A model generated the notes under the pieces. That model did no database searches. It was not told where the DNA came from and worked only from the letters and a program-made list of their open reading frames with translations. The position numbers and the translations under genes are program-made. 64,000 nt of DNA, from positions 864,001 through 928,000 of the forward strand of contig CAXXKT010000001.1 of assembly GCA_963662405.2 (NCBI GenBank). The letters run 5' to 3'. Positions 1-9,074 of this stretch are shown in pieces. The DNA comes from Syntrophales bacterium. GTDB lineage: Bacteria; Desulfobacterota; Syntrophia; Syntrophales; UBA2210. Each line of letters opens with the position of its first letter. Position 1 is the first letter of the stretch.

Positions 1-14
1 ATCACGGGTAAAAA

Positions 15-60
15 ACCGGTCTCAACCGTCGACATTCGAATGTCCACTGTCGAGACCGGT
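15..60 (-). terminator. Long hairpin plus U-tract after the M24 gene; member of a GGTCTCAAC...GTCGAGACC palindromic family
   Basis: ACCGGTCTCAAC...GTCGAGACCGGT inverted repeat, followed on the minus strand by a T run (plus A10-15). Confidence 0.7.
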
Positions 61-72
61 ACCTCCTTAATA

Positions 73-1297
73 TCACGCAATCTCCTCGATGGCGAGGGGA
101 TATTTGGACAGCACCTCACACCCGTCCCTGGTGATCACGATATCGTTTTCGTAACGGAACCCTATGTTCTCCTCCGGTGCGGCGTACTGCATGGCGCAGA
201 CGACCATCTCGTTTTCTTGGTAGACGTGGTCCTGATCCGTCCAGTACGGCAGGTCGGGATTTACGACCGCCCCGATCCGCCACTCGTCGCCGAAGAGGCC
301 GATCCCGTGCTCGCAGGCCGGCTGGATGAAATCGCCGCAGCCGCGCGATTCGGCGAAGTCCATCATGAGGGCGGCCAGCGTCCCCGGCGTCGTCCCGGCG
401 CGGTAATTGTCGATCACGGTCTGGACGATGGCGACGAAGTTGTCCGCGTGCCATCGCTGGCGTTTCGACGCCGGCGCGATCAGGTAATTGTGGGAGTGGT
501 CACCCAGGGCCAGTCTGAACATGGCGTGGAAATCGAGCATCAGCGGGTCCCCCGCCTCTATCTCCTTGGTCGTGGGGGGCGTGCAGGCGCCCAGCCCCGT
601 GCGGTAGCCGCTGGATATCTCGTTCAGCCCGGCGAAATTCCACTCCGAGACGCTCCCCCGCCTTGCGCATGGCCAGCGCGGCGATTCCGGCGATGACCGT
701 CTCCGTCATCCCCTTGTAGCCGCCGTTTTCGAGCGCCGCCCGCGCCGCCTTGTGCCCCTCGTCGACGATCAGCGACGCCGTGCGGAACCGCTCGATCGTC
801 CCCTTGTCCTTGATGAGCGACAGGCCGTCGACGATGTCATGGGCGTTGATCCACTCGAAACCGGGGAGGGCCTCCTTGAAATGGGTGTACTCCCAGTGGG
901 AGAGATTTCCCTCGGCTGTCCAGGTGGAGACCCCGTCCTCATAACCGATCCGCCCCTTGGTAATCCCCAGTTCCTCCTTGATATAATCGGTGATGGCGGA
1001 GACCTGGTCCATCCCGCCCATCGGCCCGTATCCGCGGACAAGATCATCGTCGATCCACGTCTCGTCCCCCACGCGGAGCGAGTCGACCACAAAGGTAAAA
1101 TAGGCGGGCTGCCCCTCCGGCGGGATGATCAGATAGCTGCGCCACGGGCAGAAGGCATCCAGGACGAAGCTCATCGTCCGGACACGCGATCCGAGGTACA
1201 CGTCGATATCGCGCCGGTGCATCTCGGCCTGTATCGCCGCGACCCGACCCGGATTGTCGATGTAATACTTGTCATTGGGGTCCAGTATTCTGGTCAT
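73..1297 (-). pseudogene. M24 (Xaa-Pro peptidase/creatinase-like) family protein split by a +1 frameshift (or homopolymer sequencing error)
   Basis: ORFs 500..1297 and 73..540 join into one protein if one C is removed from the C5 run at 655-659 (MRKAG-SVSEWNFAGLNEISSGYR...MLDFH...EHGIGL...RYENDIVIT..GCEVLS). Creatinase-like N-terminus plus pita-bread domain motifs. Confidence 0.75.
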
Positions 1298-1310
1298 TAC
1301 GCACCTCCCT

Positions 1311-1712
1311 TCAGTACTGCGTCGGTATCGTGGCCAGGACCTTGTTCAGGCGGTCCGAGACGGCGGCGAGTTTCAGGGCCTTGGCCAGGTTTCCCTTGAG
1401 CTTCAGCTTGCCGGTCATGAGTGCCTTCTGGGCGCCCAGCTCCGCGCGGGAAATCCGGGCGAAGGTCTCGTACTTCCCGAAGATCCTGAACACCGCCTGC
1501 GGGGCCTCACCGACCCCCGTCTCCACGCGGGTGATCCTGCCGTCCGTGGCCTCGATGAAGAGGAAGTGCTCCTCCCCGTCGGGACAATCCTGATAGATGT
1601 TCGACATCGACGTCGTGACATGATTCATCTTCTCCGGCGTGAGTTCCGTCTGGAGCCGTTTGAGCGCCTCGTCGCGCCACGACGGGCTCAGGTACACGTG
1701 TTGTTCTGCCAT
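1311..1712 (-). CDS. SCP2 sterol-binding domain protein
   Basis: C-terminal LGAQKALMTGKLKLKGNLAKALKL motif typical of SCP2; strong SD GGAGGAGG. Confidence 0.85.
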   Translation of the reverse strand: MAEQHVYLSPSWRDEALKRLQTELTPEKMNHVTTSMSNIYQDCPDGEEHFLFIEATDGRITRVETGVGEAPQAVFRIFGKYETFARISRAELGAQKALMTGKLKLKGNLAKALKLAAVSDRLNKVLATIPTQY

Positions 1713-1741
1713 ATCGATCCCTCCTCCCTTGGTATGTCTTT

Positions 1742-3088
1742 TTACAGCGGTAAATTATATTTCAGGCCGTGCATCTTCCCCACCAGCCAGAGGAATACGA
1801 TCCGGGGGGCGCTCGCCGGGGCCATCTTCAGGGCGTTGACCTTGAGCCGCTTCACGGCGATGTTCAGGATATTGTCGCATCTGCCGCAGGTGTCGAGCGC
1901 GTCCACCCGGCGGTACCGTTCCCTGATCAGGGGGAGCGCCTCCGCGCACGCGCATTCTCCCAGGACAATGATCGGCTCCGCGAGGTTCTCCAACTGGCCC
2001 GGCTCGAAGTTCCGGCCGGCGACGATGGTCAGGGGTCTCCCCTCCAGTTCCTCCACGGAGGCACCGTCGTTCACCACCAGCTCCAGGACCTGCTCGGCAT
2101 GCCCCATACAGCCTTCGTAACAGGCGCGTTCTTTCCCTTTCACGAACCGGATGCTCTTTGGAAAGTGCGTCCGAAATTCCCAGGGAATCGGTTCCATGGT
2201 TTCGGGGAGTTTGCCGTCCAGGGTGATGCGCTCCGGGTCAATGACGCCCAGACCCTGTTCCGCGGCCAGCTTCACATGCCTGATCTCGCGCGGTTCGTGC
2301 CCCAGCACCCGGGCGGCGACGGCATCGGCGGCAACCGTGTCCGTCCCCCCGATGATGAGATCACGATCGTGGAGGAGATCTTTCACGTACCGGCCCGCGG
2401 GCATCGGCCCCCGCGAGACGACCTTGATGGCATCGGTGAGGGTGAAATCTGGGCGGACATACCGGTAGATATCGACGATCTTCTGGTGGAGGTCGAAGTT
2501 GTGGTGGCGGGCCCGGTCCTCGTCGTACAGGAGCCCCATCTGGTTCTTCAGCCCCGCCGTCATCTGCGCCTGGCAGTGGGCCTTGAGGATGGGCATGTTC
2601 AGGTAAAAGGTCTTCTCCGGGTCATGCGTGAAGTGATCGTGCAGGATCTTCGGAAATTCGTACCGCTCATCCGAGCCGGGTGCCAGGGTGACCCGAACGG
2701 ATTTCTCCTCGTCCAGAAAGAGGCATCGCGCGTTCATCCGCTTCGCGAGCCGGTCGATCCCCGTGGCGGCAAAACAGAGCCGGGTGAAGTTCCCCTGCGA
2801 ACAGTTGTCCATGAGATAGATTGTTTTCCGGGGATCGTGCTCCCGGATGTAATCGATCGCCGCGGTGATCAGGGAGGGAGAGGTGAAGAGATGGGGGTGA
2901 AAGTAGACCGCGTTGATCTTGATGAAGACGTGGTCGGAACGGTGGAGGCGCTCCGCCGTTTCCGGAAAACTCTCCAGAAGGTCCCGCACCGCCTCGTGGG
3001 GGTCCGTTCCCACCGTGCGCACGGCGATCCGGACATTTTCCCCGGTGGCGCCCTTTTCTGTCGATTCTTTTTGATCGGTCAGTGCCAT
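1742..3088 (-). CDS. DUF362 domain Fe-S protein
   Basis: VFIKIN...FTSP, NMPILKAH...TAGLKNQMG and DTVAADA motifs; C-terminal Cys motifs (CYEGC, GECAC, CGRC). Confidence 0.8.
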   Translation of the reverse strand: MALTDQKESTEKGATGENVRIAVRTVGTDPHEAVRDLLESFPETAERLHRSDHVFIKINAVYFHPHLFTSPSLITAAIDYIREHDPRKTIYLMDNCSQGNFTRLCFAATGIDRLAKRMNARCLFLDEEKSVRVTLAPGSDERYEFPKILHDHFTHDPEKTFYLNMPILKAHCQAQMTAGLKNQMGLLYDEDRARHHNFDLHQKIVDIYRYVRPDFTLTDAIKVVSRGPMPAGRYVKDLLHDRDLIIGGTDTVAADAVAARVLGHEPREIRHVKLAAEQGLGVIDPERITLDGKLPETMEPIPWEFRTHFPKSIRFVKGKERACYEGCMGHAEQVLELVVNDGASVEELEGRPLTIVAGRNFEPGQLENLAEPIIVLGECACAEALPLIRERYRRVDALDTCGRCDNILNIAVKRLKVNALKMAPASAPRIVFLWLVGKMHGLKYNLPL

Positions 3089-3230
3089 AGATTACCACCT
3101 CTGGAAACGGGTTGTGAATATCTATGAGCTGTGAATCATTGCCCCCCGATGTATCACCTGATCGGCATGCGGGTCTCAACGAACACACATGATGCTGTTC
3201 ACACTGTCAGATCCTGAAATCCTTCCCCAT

Positions 3231-3746
3231 TTATTTCATGTCCATGGCCCGGAGGCGCCGGGCCTCGATTCGGGCGAACTCGCTCATGAGCACATACCCC
3301 AGCCGGGGGTGCTTCTCCATCAGCGCGGTCAGAGCGGCATTATTCAGCTCGATGAGACGGGTGTTCTTGAGGACAAAGACATTCGCGGCGGCCGGAAAGG
3401 CGCCGAGATATTCCATCTCGCCGATGAGAGACTGCGCAGGAAGAACGGCCACGACCTTCCCGCTGACCCTGACCTCCGCCTGACCTTCAAGGACGATCCA
3501 CATATGATCCAGGGTTTTCCCCTGTTCGATGATGCGCTCTCCTTCTGTCCCCTGTCGCACCGTCGCCGCCGATTGCAGCACTGTTTTCTCCGCGTCGGTC
3601 AGCCCCGCGAACAGTTTGATCTGGCCGAGCGCCTTTACGATCTCTGATTCTGATGCCGTGTCCGCGGCAAGAGATTGACACGCGAAACCCGCGAACACCG
3701 CGATAACAACGGCAACAAGCACACGAACCGCCGGTTTTGTAACCAT
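3231..3746 (-). CDS. Cyclic-nucleotide-binding domain protein with N-terminal signal peptide
   Basis: LFAGL...GERIIEQG...WIVLEGQAEV...IGEMEYL cNMP fold; hydrophobic leader ending SLA-AD. Confidence 0.8.
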   Translation of the reverse strand: MVTKPAVRVLVAVVIAVFAGFACQSLAADTASESEIVKALGQIKLFAGLTDAEKTVLQSAATVRQGTEGERIIEQGKTLDHMWIVLEGQAEVRVSGKVVAVLPAQSLIGEMEYLGAFPAAANVFVLKNTRLIELNNAALTALMEKHPRLGYVLMSEFARIEARRLRAMDMK

Positions 3747-3831
3747 AAACTCATCTCCATTCTGTTGATATGTTGTATCCGTCAGAACACCGGATCCATT
3801 CCGGGATAACAGAGGTCCACACCCGTCGCTA

Positions 3832-4140
3832 TTATTGTACGGGAGGATTCTGTATGTCCTTTTCGATCTTCTGGATGACTCCTTTTTGCTGCAGCAGATT
3901 CATGATGTTCTGGAGCTGATTGAACAGATTGAGAAATGCCGCCGGTGTGAGGACCAGACGACACACCGGATACATCTTCGCCTGCGGCGGCTCGGGCGGT
4001 TTCGGTTGATCCATCCGCGTGACGCAGAATTCGAGGCGGGCGGATTGCCCGTCGAACGAGAGATTCCGGAAGGAATCGGCAAACGTCTCGAGGACATCGG
4101 GGATATCGACATACTGCAGGTTCTTAGGGGGATTGTTCAT
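3832..4140 (-). CDS. Hypothetical protein (DUF3467-like)
   Basis: Start chosen at MNNPPK (SD GGAG upstream); ETFAD...RLEF...RLVLTPAAFLNLFNQL pattern. Confidence 0.6.
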   Translation of the reverse strand: MNNPPKNLQYVDIPDVLETFADSFRNLSFDGQSARLEFCVTRMDQPKPPEPPQAKMYPVCRLVLTPAAFLNLFNQLQNIMNLLQQKGVIQKIEKDIQNPPVQ

Positions 4141-4449
4141 GTGAGTTCTCCTGTCGGTGGCATGTTGCGCGCTATTATACCCATTACCGGGCATAAAATA
4201 AATGGTTGATATGCCTCGATACCGGGTTCTCACCTTTCGGGAGCCGCCCCGATACGTTAGAATCCCGGACACCGTTCCCCCATGATTACCGGCTCCCCGT
4301 ATCGTATGTTGCGGCCATTATCGCATTGACTCACACGACTTTTTCCTATACTTCCTTCGCGAAAAAGGGAGTCCTTATCAGAATCAGGGGACATACCGAG
4401 AAATGTGCCACAATTACAAGCATTTCATGGTCAATGTGGAGTAGCTGGT

Positions 4450-7419
4450 ATGATTTCAACAAATAACGTTCATTCTGATTTTTCGACGCATTTTAAGGCG
4501 TTTTATGAACTCATGGCGATTAAGGTGCGGGAGATTTTGCTGGTTTCCAGTTCCTATGATGCCTTCATCATGGAGGAAGATACCACCCTTGCATCAAAGA
4601 TAATAAATGAATACAGCGGCTTGAATCTCAGCACTCCCCCCCGTGTGACACGAACTTCTTCGGCTCATGAGGCGCTCTCCATCCTGATGGAGAAGAAATT
4701 TGATATGGTTATTACCATGCCTCATCTGGAGGAGATGGATTCCTTCTCTTTCGGTTTGAAAATAAAGGAAATAGATCCTTATCTGCCGGTAATTCTGTTA
4801 GCTCACAGCCCAAGAGGTATTTATCCGCTCCCGGAAAACAGAAATTGCGATGGTATTGACAAGATCTTTATCTGGTCAGGCAACTCCGATTTGCTTCTGG
4901 CCTTAGTCAAAAGTACGGAAGATTCCCTCAATGTCGATTTTGATGCCCAAAGGGCCCAGGTTCGTGTCCTGATCCTGGTTGAGGATTCTCCTGTGTACTA
5001 CTCGACGTTCTTGCCACTGATCTACAAGGAAATTGTAAAACAGACACAGGCAGTTCTTGAGCTTGGGCTCAATGAAGAACACCGGCTTCTTACCATGCGG
5101 GCGCGGCCCAAAATACTGGTGGCCGAAACCTATGAGGAGGCCATGGAGCTTGTCCGGAAGTACCGGGATTTCCTTTTTTGCGTTATATCCGATACTCGAA
5201 TTCCAAAAGGTGGAAAATTGGAAGACGATGCGGGGGTTGCTTTGCTTTCTAACATCAAACAGGAAATCGATGACCTTCCCCTCCTCCTGATGAGTTCGGA
5301 ACCGGCGAACAGAAAAAAGGCCGAAAAGATCCCGACGGTTTTCCTCGACAAAAATTCTCCCGATCTTCTCGGCGAATTGCGCGACTTTTTTCTGAGCCAC
5401 CTCGGCTTCGGGGATTTTGTCTTCCGCATGCCGGACGGAACGGAAATCGACCGGGTACCCAACCTTCGCTCACTTGAAGAAAAGATCCCCCTCATACCGG
5501 ACGAATCCATCTATTATCATGCCGAGCGTAATCATTTTTCCCACTGGATTATGGCCCGTTCCGAGTTCACTCTCGCCTCCGCTTTCCGTAAAATGCCGGT
5601 CTCGTCATTCGGCAATGCCGACGAGATCCGCCAGTATCTCATTTCCAATATTCGCTCGTTACGCAAGTGGCAGCAAAAGGGTGTGGTCGTCCGGTTTAAT
5701 CGTAATCATTTCGATCCAAGCATCATGGATTTTCTGAAGATCGGTGAAGGCTCGCTGGGAGGAAAAGCTCGGGGTCTGGCCTTCATGTCCCTCATGTTTC
5801 AGCAGGATTCCGGATTGTATGAAAGATACCCGGGAATAAACATCCGGATCCCCCAGACGCTGGTTATCACGACAGACGGTTTCGAGGCTTTCATAACCAG
5901 GAATCGTCTGGAGCGTTTTTCCAAAGAAGGGTTTACCGACGAAGAAGTGAGAGAGGCCTTTTTGAAGGCCCGCATGCCGGAGTGGCTTGTAAAAGACCTG
6001 GAAGCTTTTATCGCCCAGGTCACGATTCCTCTGGCTGTTCGTTCCTCCAGCCTCCTGGAAGATGCCCAATTCCAGCCCTATGCCGGGCTGTATCAGACCT
6101 ACATGATTCCGAACAACCATCCCGATCCATCCAGGCGGCTTGAGCAGCTGATCACAGCCATAAAATTGGTGTACGCCTCTACCTATTATGAGGGCCCCAA
6201 GACATTTTCCCGGGACACGTTAAATCAGCCCCATACGGAGTCAATGGCCGTCATTATCCAGCAGCTCTCCGGAAGAGAATACGGGGAATATTTCTACCCT
6301 GCCATTTCCGGTGTAGCCCAGTCCCACAATTTTTATCCGGTTTCCCATATGAAATCCGAAGAGGGAATCGCCCATATCGCCCTGGGTCTGGGAAAAACCG
6401 TTGTAGAAGGAGAAAAAGCGCTCAGGTTTTCTCCCCGATATCCGGAGATCATGCCCCAGTTTTCCACGGTCGATGACATGCTGGCGAATTCCCAGCGCTT
6501 TTTGTATGCCCTCAGAATCAGGAATTATCCCGATGATCTCAACTTCGAAGTAAATTCGAACCTGGAAAAACGAGAAGCAAATGACGCGGCACAAGAATCT
6601 CCCGTACAGATGCTTGCCAGCACCTATATCCATGAAGAACACTCCATCAGAGATACGGCCTATGCGAGGGGACCGAAGATCCTTACCTTCGCGCAGGTGT
6701 TGAAATACCATATCTTTCCCTTGCCGGGGCTATTGAGTGATTTGCTGAAATTGGGTCGCAAAGGTTTGGGATGCCCTGTGGAAATAGAATTTTCAGTGGA
6801 TCTCGACCCTGCAAAACAGGGTACGGGCGAATTCTCGTTTCTTCAGATACGGCCGATGGTTGCGGATAAAGAGCGTTTTGAAGTTGAGATCACACCGGGG
6901 GAGATGGAGAGGGCATTCTGTCGCTCGGCCCAGGTCCTTGGAAACGGGAAAAACGAGGAGATGGCAGATATCGTCTATGTCAAACCGGATGCCTTTGAAA
7001 CGAGAGAGACCGTTCAGATTGTAGAGGAAATCGGGCATATCAACGCAGTTCTCGTCAAAGAAAAACGGCCCTATCTCCTGGTTGGTCCCGGAAGGTGGGG
7101 GTCTGCCGACAGGTGGCTTGGCATACCTGTCAGGTGGCAGCACATTTCAGGGGTGAGCGCCATTATCGAACTGAGAAACGAAAATTTGAAAGCCGATCCT
7201 TCGCAGGGGTCTCACTTTTTCCAGAACATCACATCTCTGGGAATCCAGTACATGACAGTCACCGAGAACTCAGGCTCGGACGATTATTTCGACTGGGAAT
7301 GGGTGGGCTCCCTGCCTGTCATACAGGAAACACCTTTTGTGCGGCATGTGAGAATAGACAAACCGCTGATCCTGAAAATCGATGGGAGACAATCCCGCGG
7401 AGTGATAATCAGGTCGTAA
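4450..7419 (+). CDS. Receiver-like domains fused to a PEP/pyruvate-binding (PPDK_N) domain; PEP-synthase-like protein without a phospho-His domain
   Basis: GSLGGKARGL, PLAVRSSSLLED...AGLY and FLQIRPM motifs; N-terminal ILLVSSSYD and ILVEDS receiver-like segments. Confidence 0.85.
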   Translation: MISTNNVHSDFSTHFKAFYELMAIKVREILLVSSSYDAFIMEEDTTLASKIINEYSGLNLSTPPRVTRTSSAHEALSILMEKKFDMVITMPHLEEMDSFSFGLKIKEIDPYLPVILLAHSPRGIYPLPENRNCDGIDKIFIWSGNSDLLLALVKSTEDSLNVDFDAQRAQVRVLILVEDSPVYYSTFLPLIYKEIVKQTQAVLELGLNEEHRLLTMRARPKILVAETYEEAMELVRKYRDFLFCVISDTRIPKGGKLEDDAGVALLSNIKQEIDDLPLLLMSSEPANRKKAEKIPTVFLDKNSPDLLGELRDFFLSHLGFGDFVFRMPDGTEIDRVPNLRSLEEKIPLIPDESIYYHAERNHFSHWIMARSEFTLASAFRKMPVSSFGNADEIRQYLISNIRSLRKWQQKGVVVRFNRNHFDPSIMDFLKIGEGSLGGKARGLAFMSLMFQQDSGLYERYPGINIRIPQTLVITTDGFEAFITRNRLERFSKEGFTDEEVREAFLKARMPEWLVKDLEAFIAQVTIPLAVRSSSLLEDAQFQPYAGLYQTYMIPNNHPDPSRRLEQLITAIKLVYASTYYEGPKTFSRDTLNQPHTESMAVIIQQLSGREYGEYFYPAISGVAQSHNFYPVSHMKSEEGIAHIALGLGKTVVEGEKALRFSPRYPEIMPQFSTVDDMLANSQRFLYALRIRNYPDDLNFEVNSNLEKREANDAAQESPVQMLASTYIHEEHSIRDTAYARGPKILTFAQVLKYHIFPLPGLLSDLLKLGRKGLGCPVEIEFSVDLDPAKQGTGEFSFLQIRPMVADKERFEVEITPGEMERAFCRSAQVLGNGKNEEMADIVYVKPDAFETRETVQIVEEIGHINAVLVKEKRPYLLVGPGRWGSADRWLGIPVRWQHISGVSAIIELRNENLKADPSQGSHFFQNITSLGIQYMTVTENSGSDDYFDWEWVGSLPVIQETPFVRHVRIDKPLILKIDGRQSRGVIIRS

Positions 7420-7504
7420 GAATTTAAGATCAATGCGATCTGCCCTGAAGACCGTCTCCATGCGCAGGGGAACGGTTTTCACCTTTCGGGAACCCTTCTT
7501 CACA

Positions 7505-7782
7505 AACAAAAACCCCTCGCGGAAGATTCCTTCTCACGAGGGGTTTTTGAGAACCGCTTATGCCGTTATGTCTCTACGCGGGAGTCACTCAATCCATATG
7601 CTTGGTCTTTATCGGGTGCCAATCACCACGAAGACCCTGTGGATTACCTTTTTATTTAGCTCCGGTAAGATGACTCTTCACGAGCATCGCAGTATCTCGT
7701 CCGTACAATGCTCTTATCGGCATATCTGCCGGATTCTTTATTTCTTGTCAAAAAACTGTTCCCGGTATTTCACCGTTCCCAT
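7505..7782 (-). ncRNA. Candidate structured non-coding RNA (~275 nt), family not recognised
   Basis: Lies between a sigma70 promoter (7789-7817) and a terminator; nested helices GAGTCA/TGACTC, AATCCA/TGGATT, GGTCTT/AAGACC, GGTG/CACC, GAGCAT/ATGCTC, TATGCCG/CGGCATA; the ATG-started ORFs I found on this strand are only 14 and 23 codons or shorter. Confidence 0.6.
7508..7548. terminator. Bidirectional intrinsic terminator
   Basis: AAAAACCCCTCG...CGAGGGGTTTTT perfect 12-bp inverted repeat with T tracts on both strands. Confidence 0.85.
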
Positions 7783-7788
7783 GGTTAT

Positions 7789-7817
7789 ATAATAATGACG
7801 ATGAGGGAGGTTGTCAA
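7789..7817 (-). promoter_or_regulatory. sigma70 promoter TTGACA-17-TATTAT
   Basis: Minus strand TTGACA acctccctcatcgtcat TATTAT. Confidence 0.75.
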
Positions 7818-7901
7818 GGGGGAAGACTGCTTTCTAAGACTAACAAAAACAGGGTGTTGTTTGAAGGGAAGTTTATGAAAAAACAAAAAAGTGTGCTGCC
7901 C

Positions 7902-8318
7902 CTATTCCTCTAAATTAACCATAAGTAAGATCATGCAACAAATGAAATAAAAAACTCCTGCCAAAAGAATCAATTGCTTTCCAACAAAGAAATATTTGCT
8001 CGACTTGTAATAAATATCATCATAATCATAGTTTGTTTCTTCAATGTTTTGTTCCTGCATTGTGGAAAGCGTTTTCTTGATATTCAGGTATGAAAATAAG
8101 TACTGCAAATAATCAAATGCTAACGCGATCATTGCAATTGTTCCAATTTTGATAAGATGTGGTCGGCACTTTAAGATCGTATCTCTCAAGTAATCCACTT
8201 CTCCCAAAAGTAGGCTCCAAGTTGTTGCCAATAATCCAATTCCAATTATACGAACTTGTGTGCTTATTCGATCAGTTACAAAGCCTCTCTCCTCGATAAC
8301 GTCTTTTAATTTTGGCAT
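7902..8318 (-). CDS. Hypothetical membrane protein (AT-rich)
   Basis: 138-aa ORF with three hydrophobic segments, directly downstream of the HU gene; visibly AT-rich. Confidence 0.7.
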   Translation of the reverse strand: MPKLKDVIEERGFVTDRISTQVRIIGIGLLATTWSLLLGEVDYLRDTILKCRPHLIKIGTIAMIALAFDYLQYLFSYLNIKKTLSTMQEQNIEETNYDYDDIYYKSSKYFFVGKQLILLAGVFYFICCMILLMVNLEE

Positions 8319-8325
8319 TTAACAA

Positions 8326-8631
8326 TCACGCTTTCCTTGGCGGTGGTATTGGCCCACGACTCTTCGAGACCACTGTAAATTTGTGGCTCGCTTTGAATTT
8401 GACGACATTCTTTGCTTTTATGTTGATTTTACTGCCGGTTTGTGGATTTCTTCCCGTTCTTGCTTTTCTTTTGACTACTGAAAAAGTTCCAAATCCGACC
8501 AAGCCCATTTTTCCGGTTTGCTTGAGCTCTTTTGTTACATTGGCAATGTATGAATCTAATGCTCTGGTGGCCTCAGCTTTTGTTATTCCCGCATCTCTCG
8601 CCATTGCTTTTATCAATTCGGCTTTTGTCAT
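8326..8631 (-). CDS. hup: HU family DNA-binding protein
   Basis: MTKAELI...GFGTFSV..RKARTGRNPQTG..I.IKAK.VVKFK signature. Confidence 0.93.
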   Translation of the reverse strand: MTKAELIKAMARDAGITKAEATRALDSYIANVTKELKQTGKMGLVGFGTFSVVKRKARTGRNPQTGSKINIKAKNVVKFKASHKFTVVSKSRGPIPPPRKA

Positions 8632-8707
8632 TTTCCCTCACCTGTAAGAGTGTTTTTTGAATATCAACTCTTTCACGGTTGTCATGTATCCAAGTAATTA
8701 CTCCAGA

Positions 8708-8867
8708 ACACAAAAGCCCCATCTCTCTTTGTGAGAAACAGGGCTTTCGATGATCAGATCATAATCCCCCCTTGATTACATCTGTTCACAAGTGCATACA
8801 ATATCTTCAGAGCAAAACATGATAACCTCTTAACTCTGCTATGGTATCTTGTCAAGAAATATTACGG
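8708..8867 (-). ncRNA. Repeat family copy A: TTGACA promoter + putative sRNA with SD-ATG-ATC-TGA minigene + terminator
   Basis: Shares blocks CCGTAAT, CTTGACAAGAT, GGGGATTATGNNCTGATC with 18195-18356 and 19449-19572, and the AGCCCTGTTTCTC...GGGGCTTT hairpin with 18195-18356. Confidence 0.55.
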
Positions 8868-9074
8868 CGTGCCTTTCGAACGGCAAGAATCGATTTTTTC
8901 CTGAAACAGTTATGGGGTGATGCCGAGGGGAATGGCCCTGCGATGCATCCCTTTGCGACGATCAGTACCGAAGCACACATATGGGGCTATATCTCCTTTA
9001 CTTACACGATCGTTATTCCTATACTGGCCCCCGTCGAAAGTCCCGTCTTTTCAAAAAGGAAGACGGGTGCGATT

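Noticed and set aside
4370..4420. SAM-I-like start (CTTATCAGA...GGGGAC)
   Set aside because: The GCAACC, GGTGC and closing GAT(A/G)A elements are missing.
7505..7782. CsrB/RsmZ-like or retron msr-msd identity for the ncRNA candidate
   Set aside because: About six GGA in 275 nt is close to chance, and there is no adjacent reverse transcriptase.
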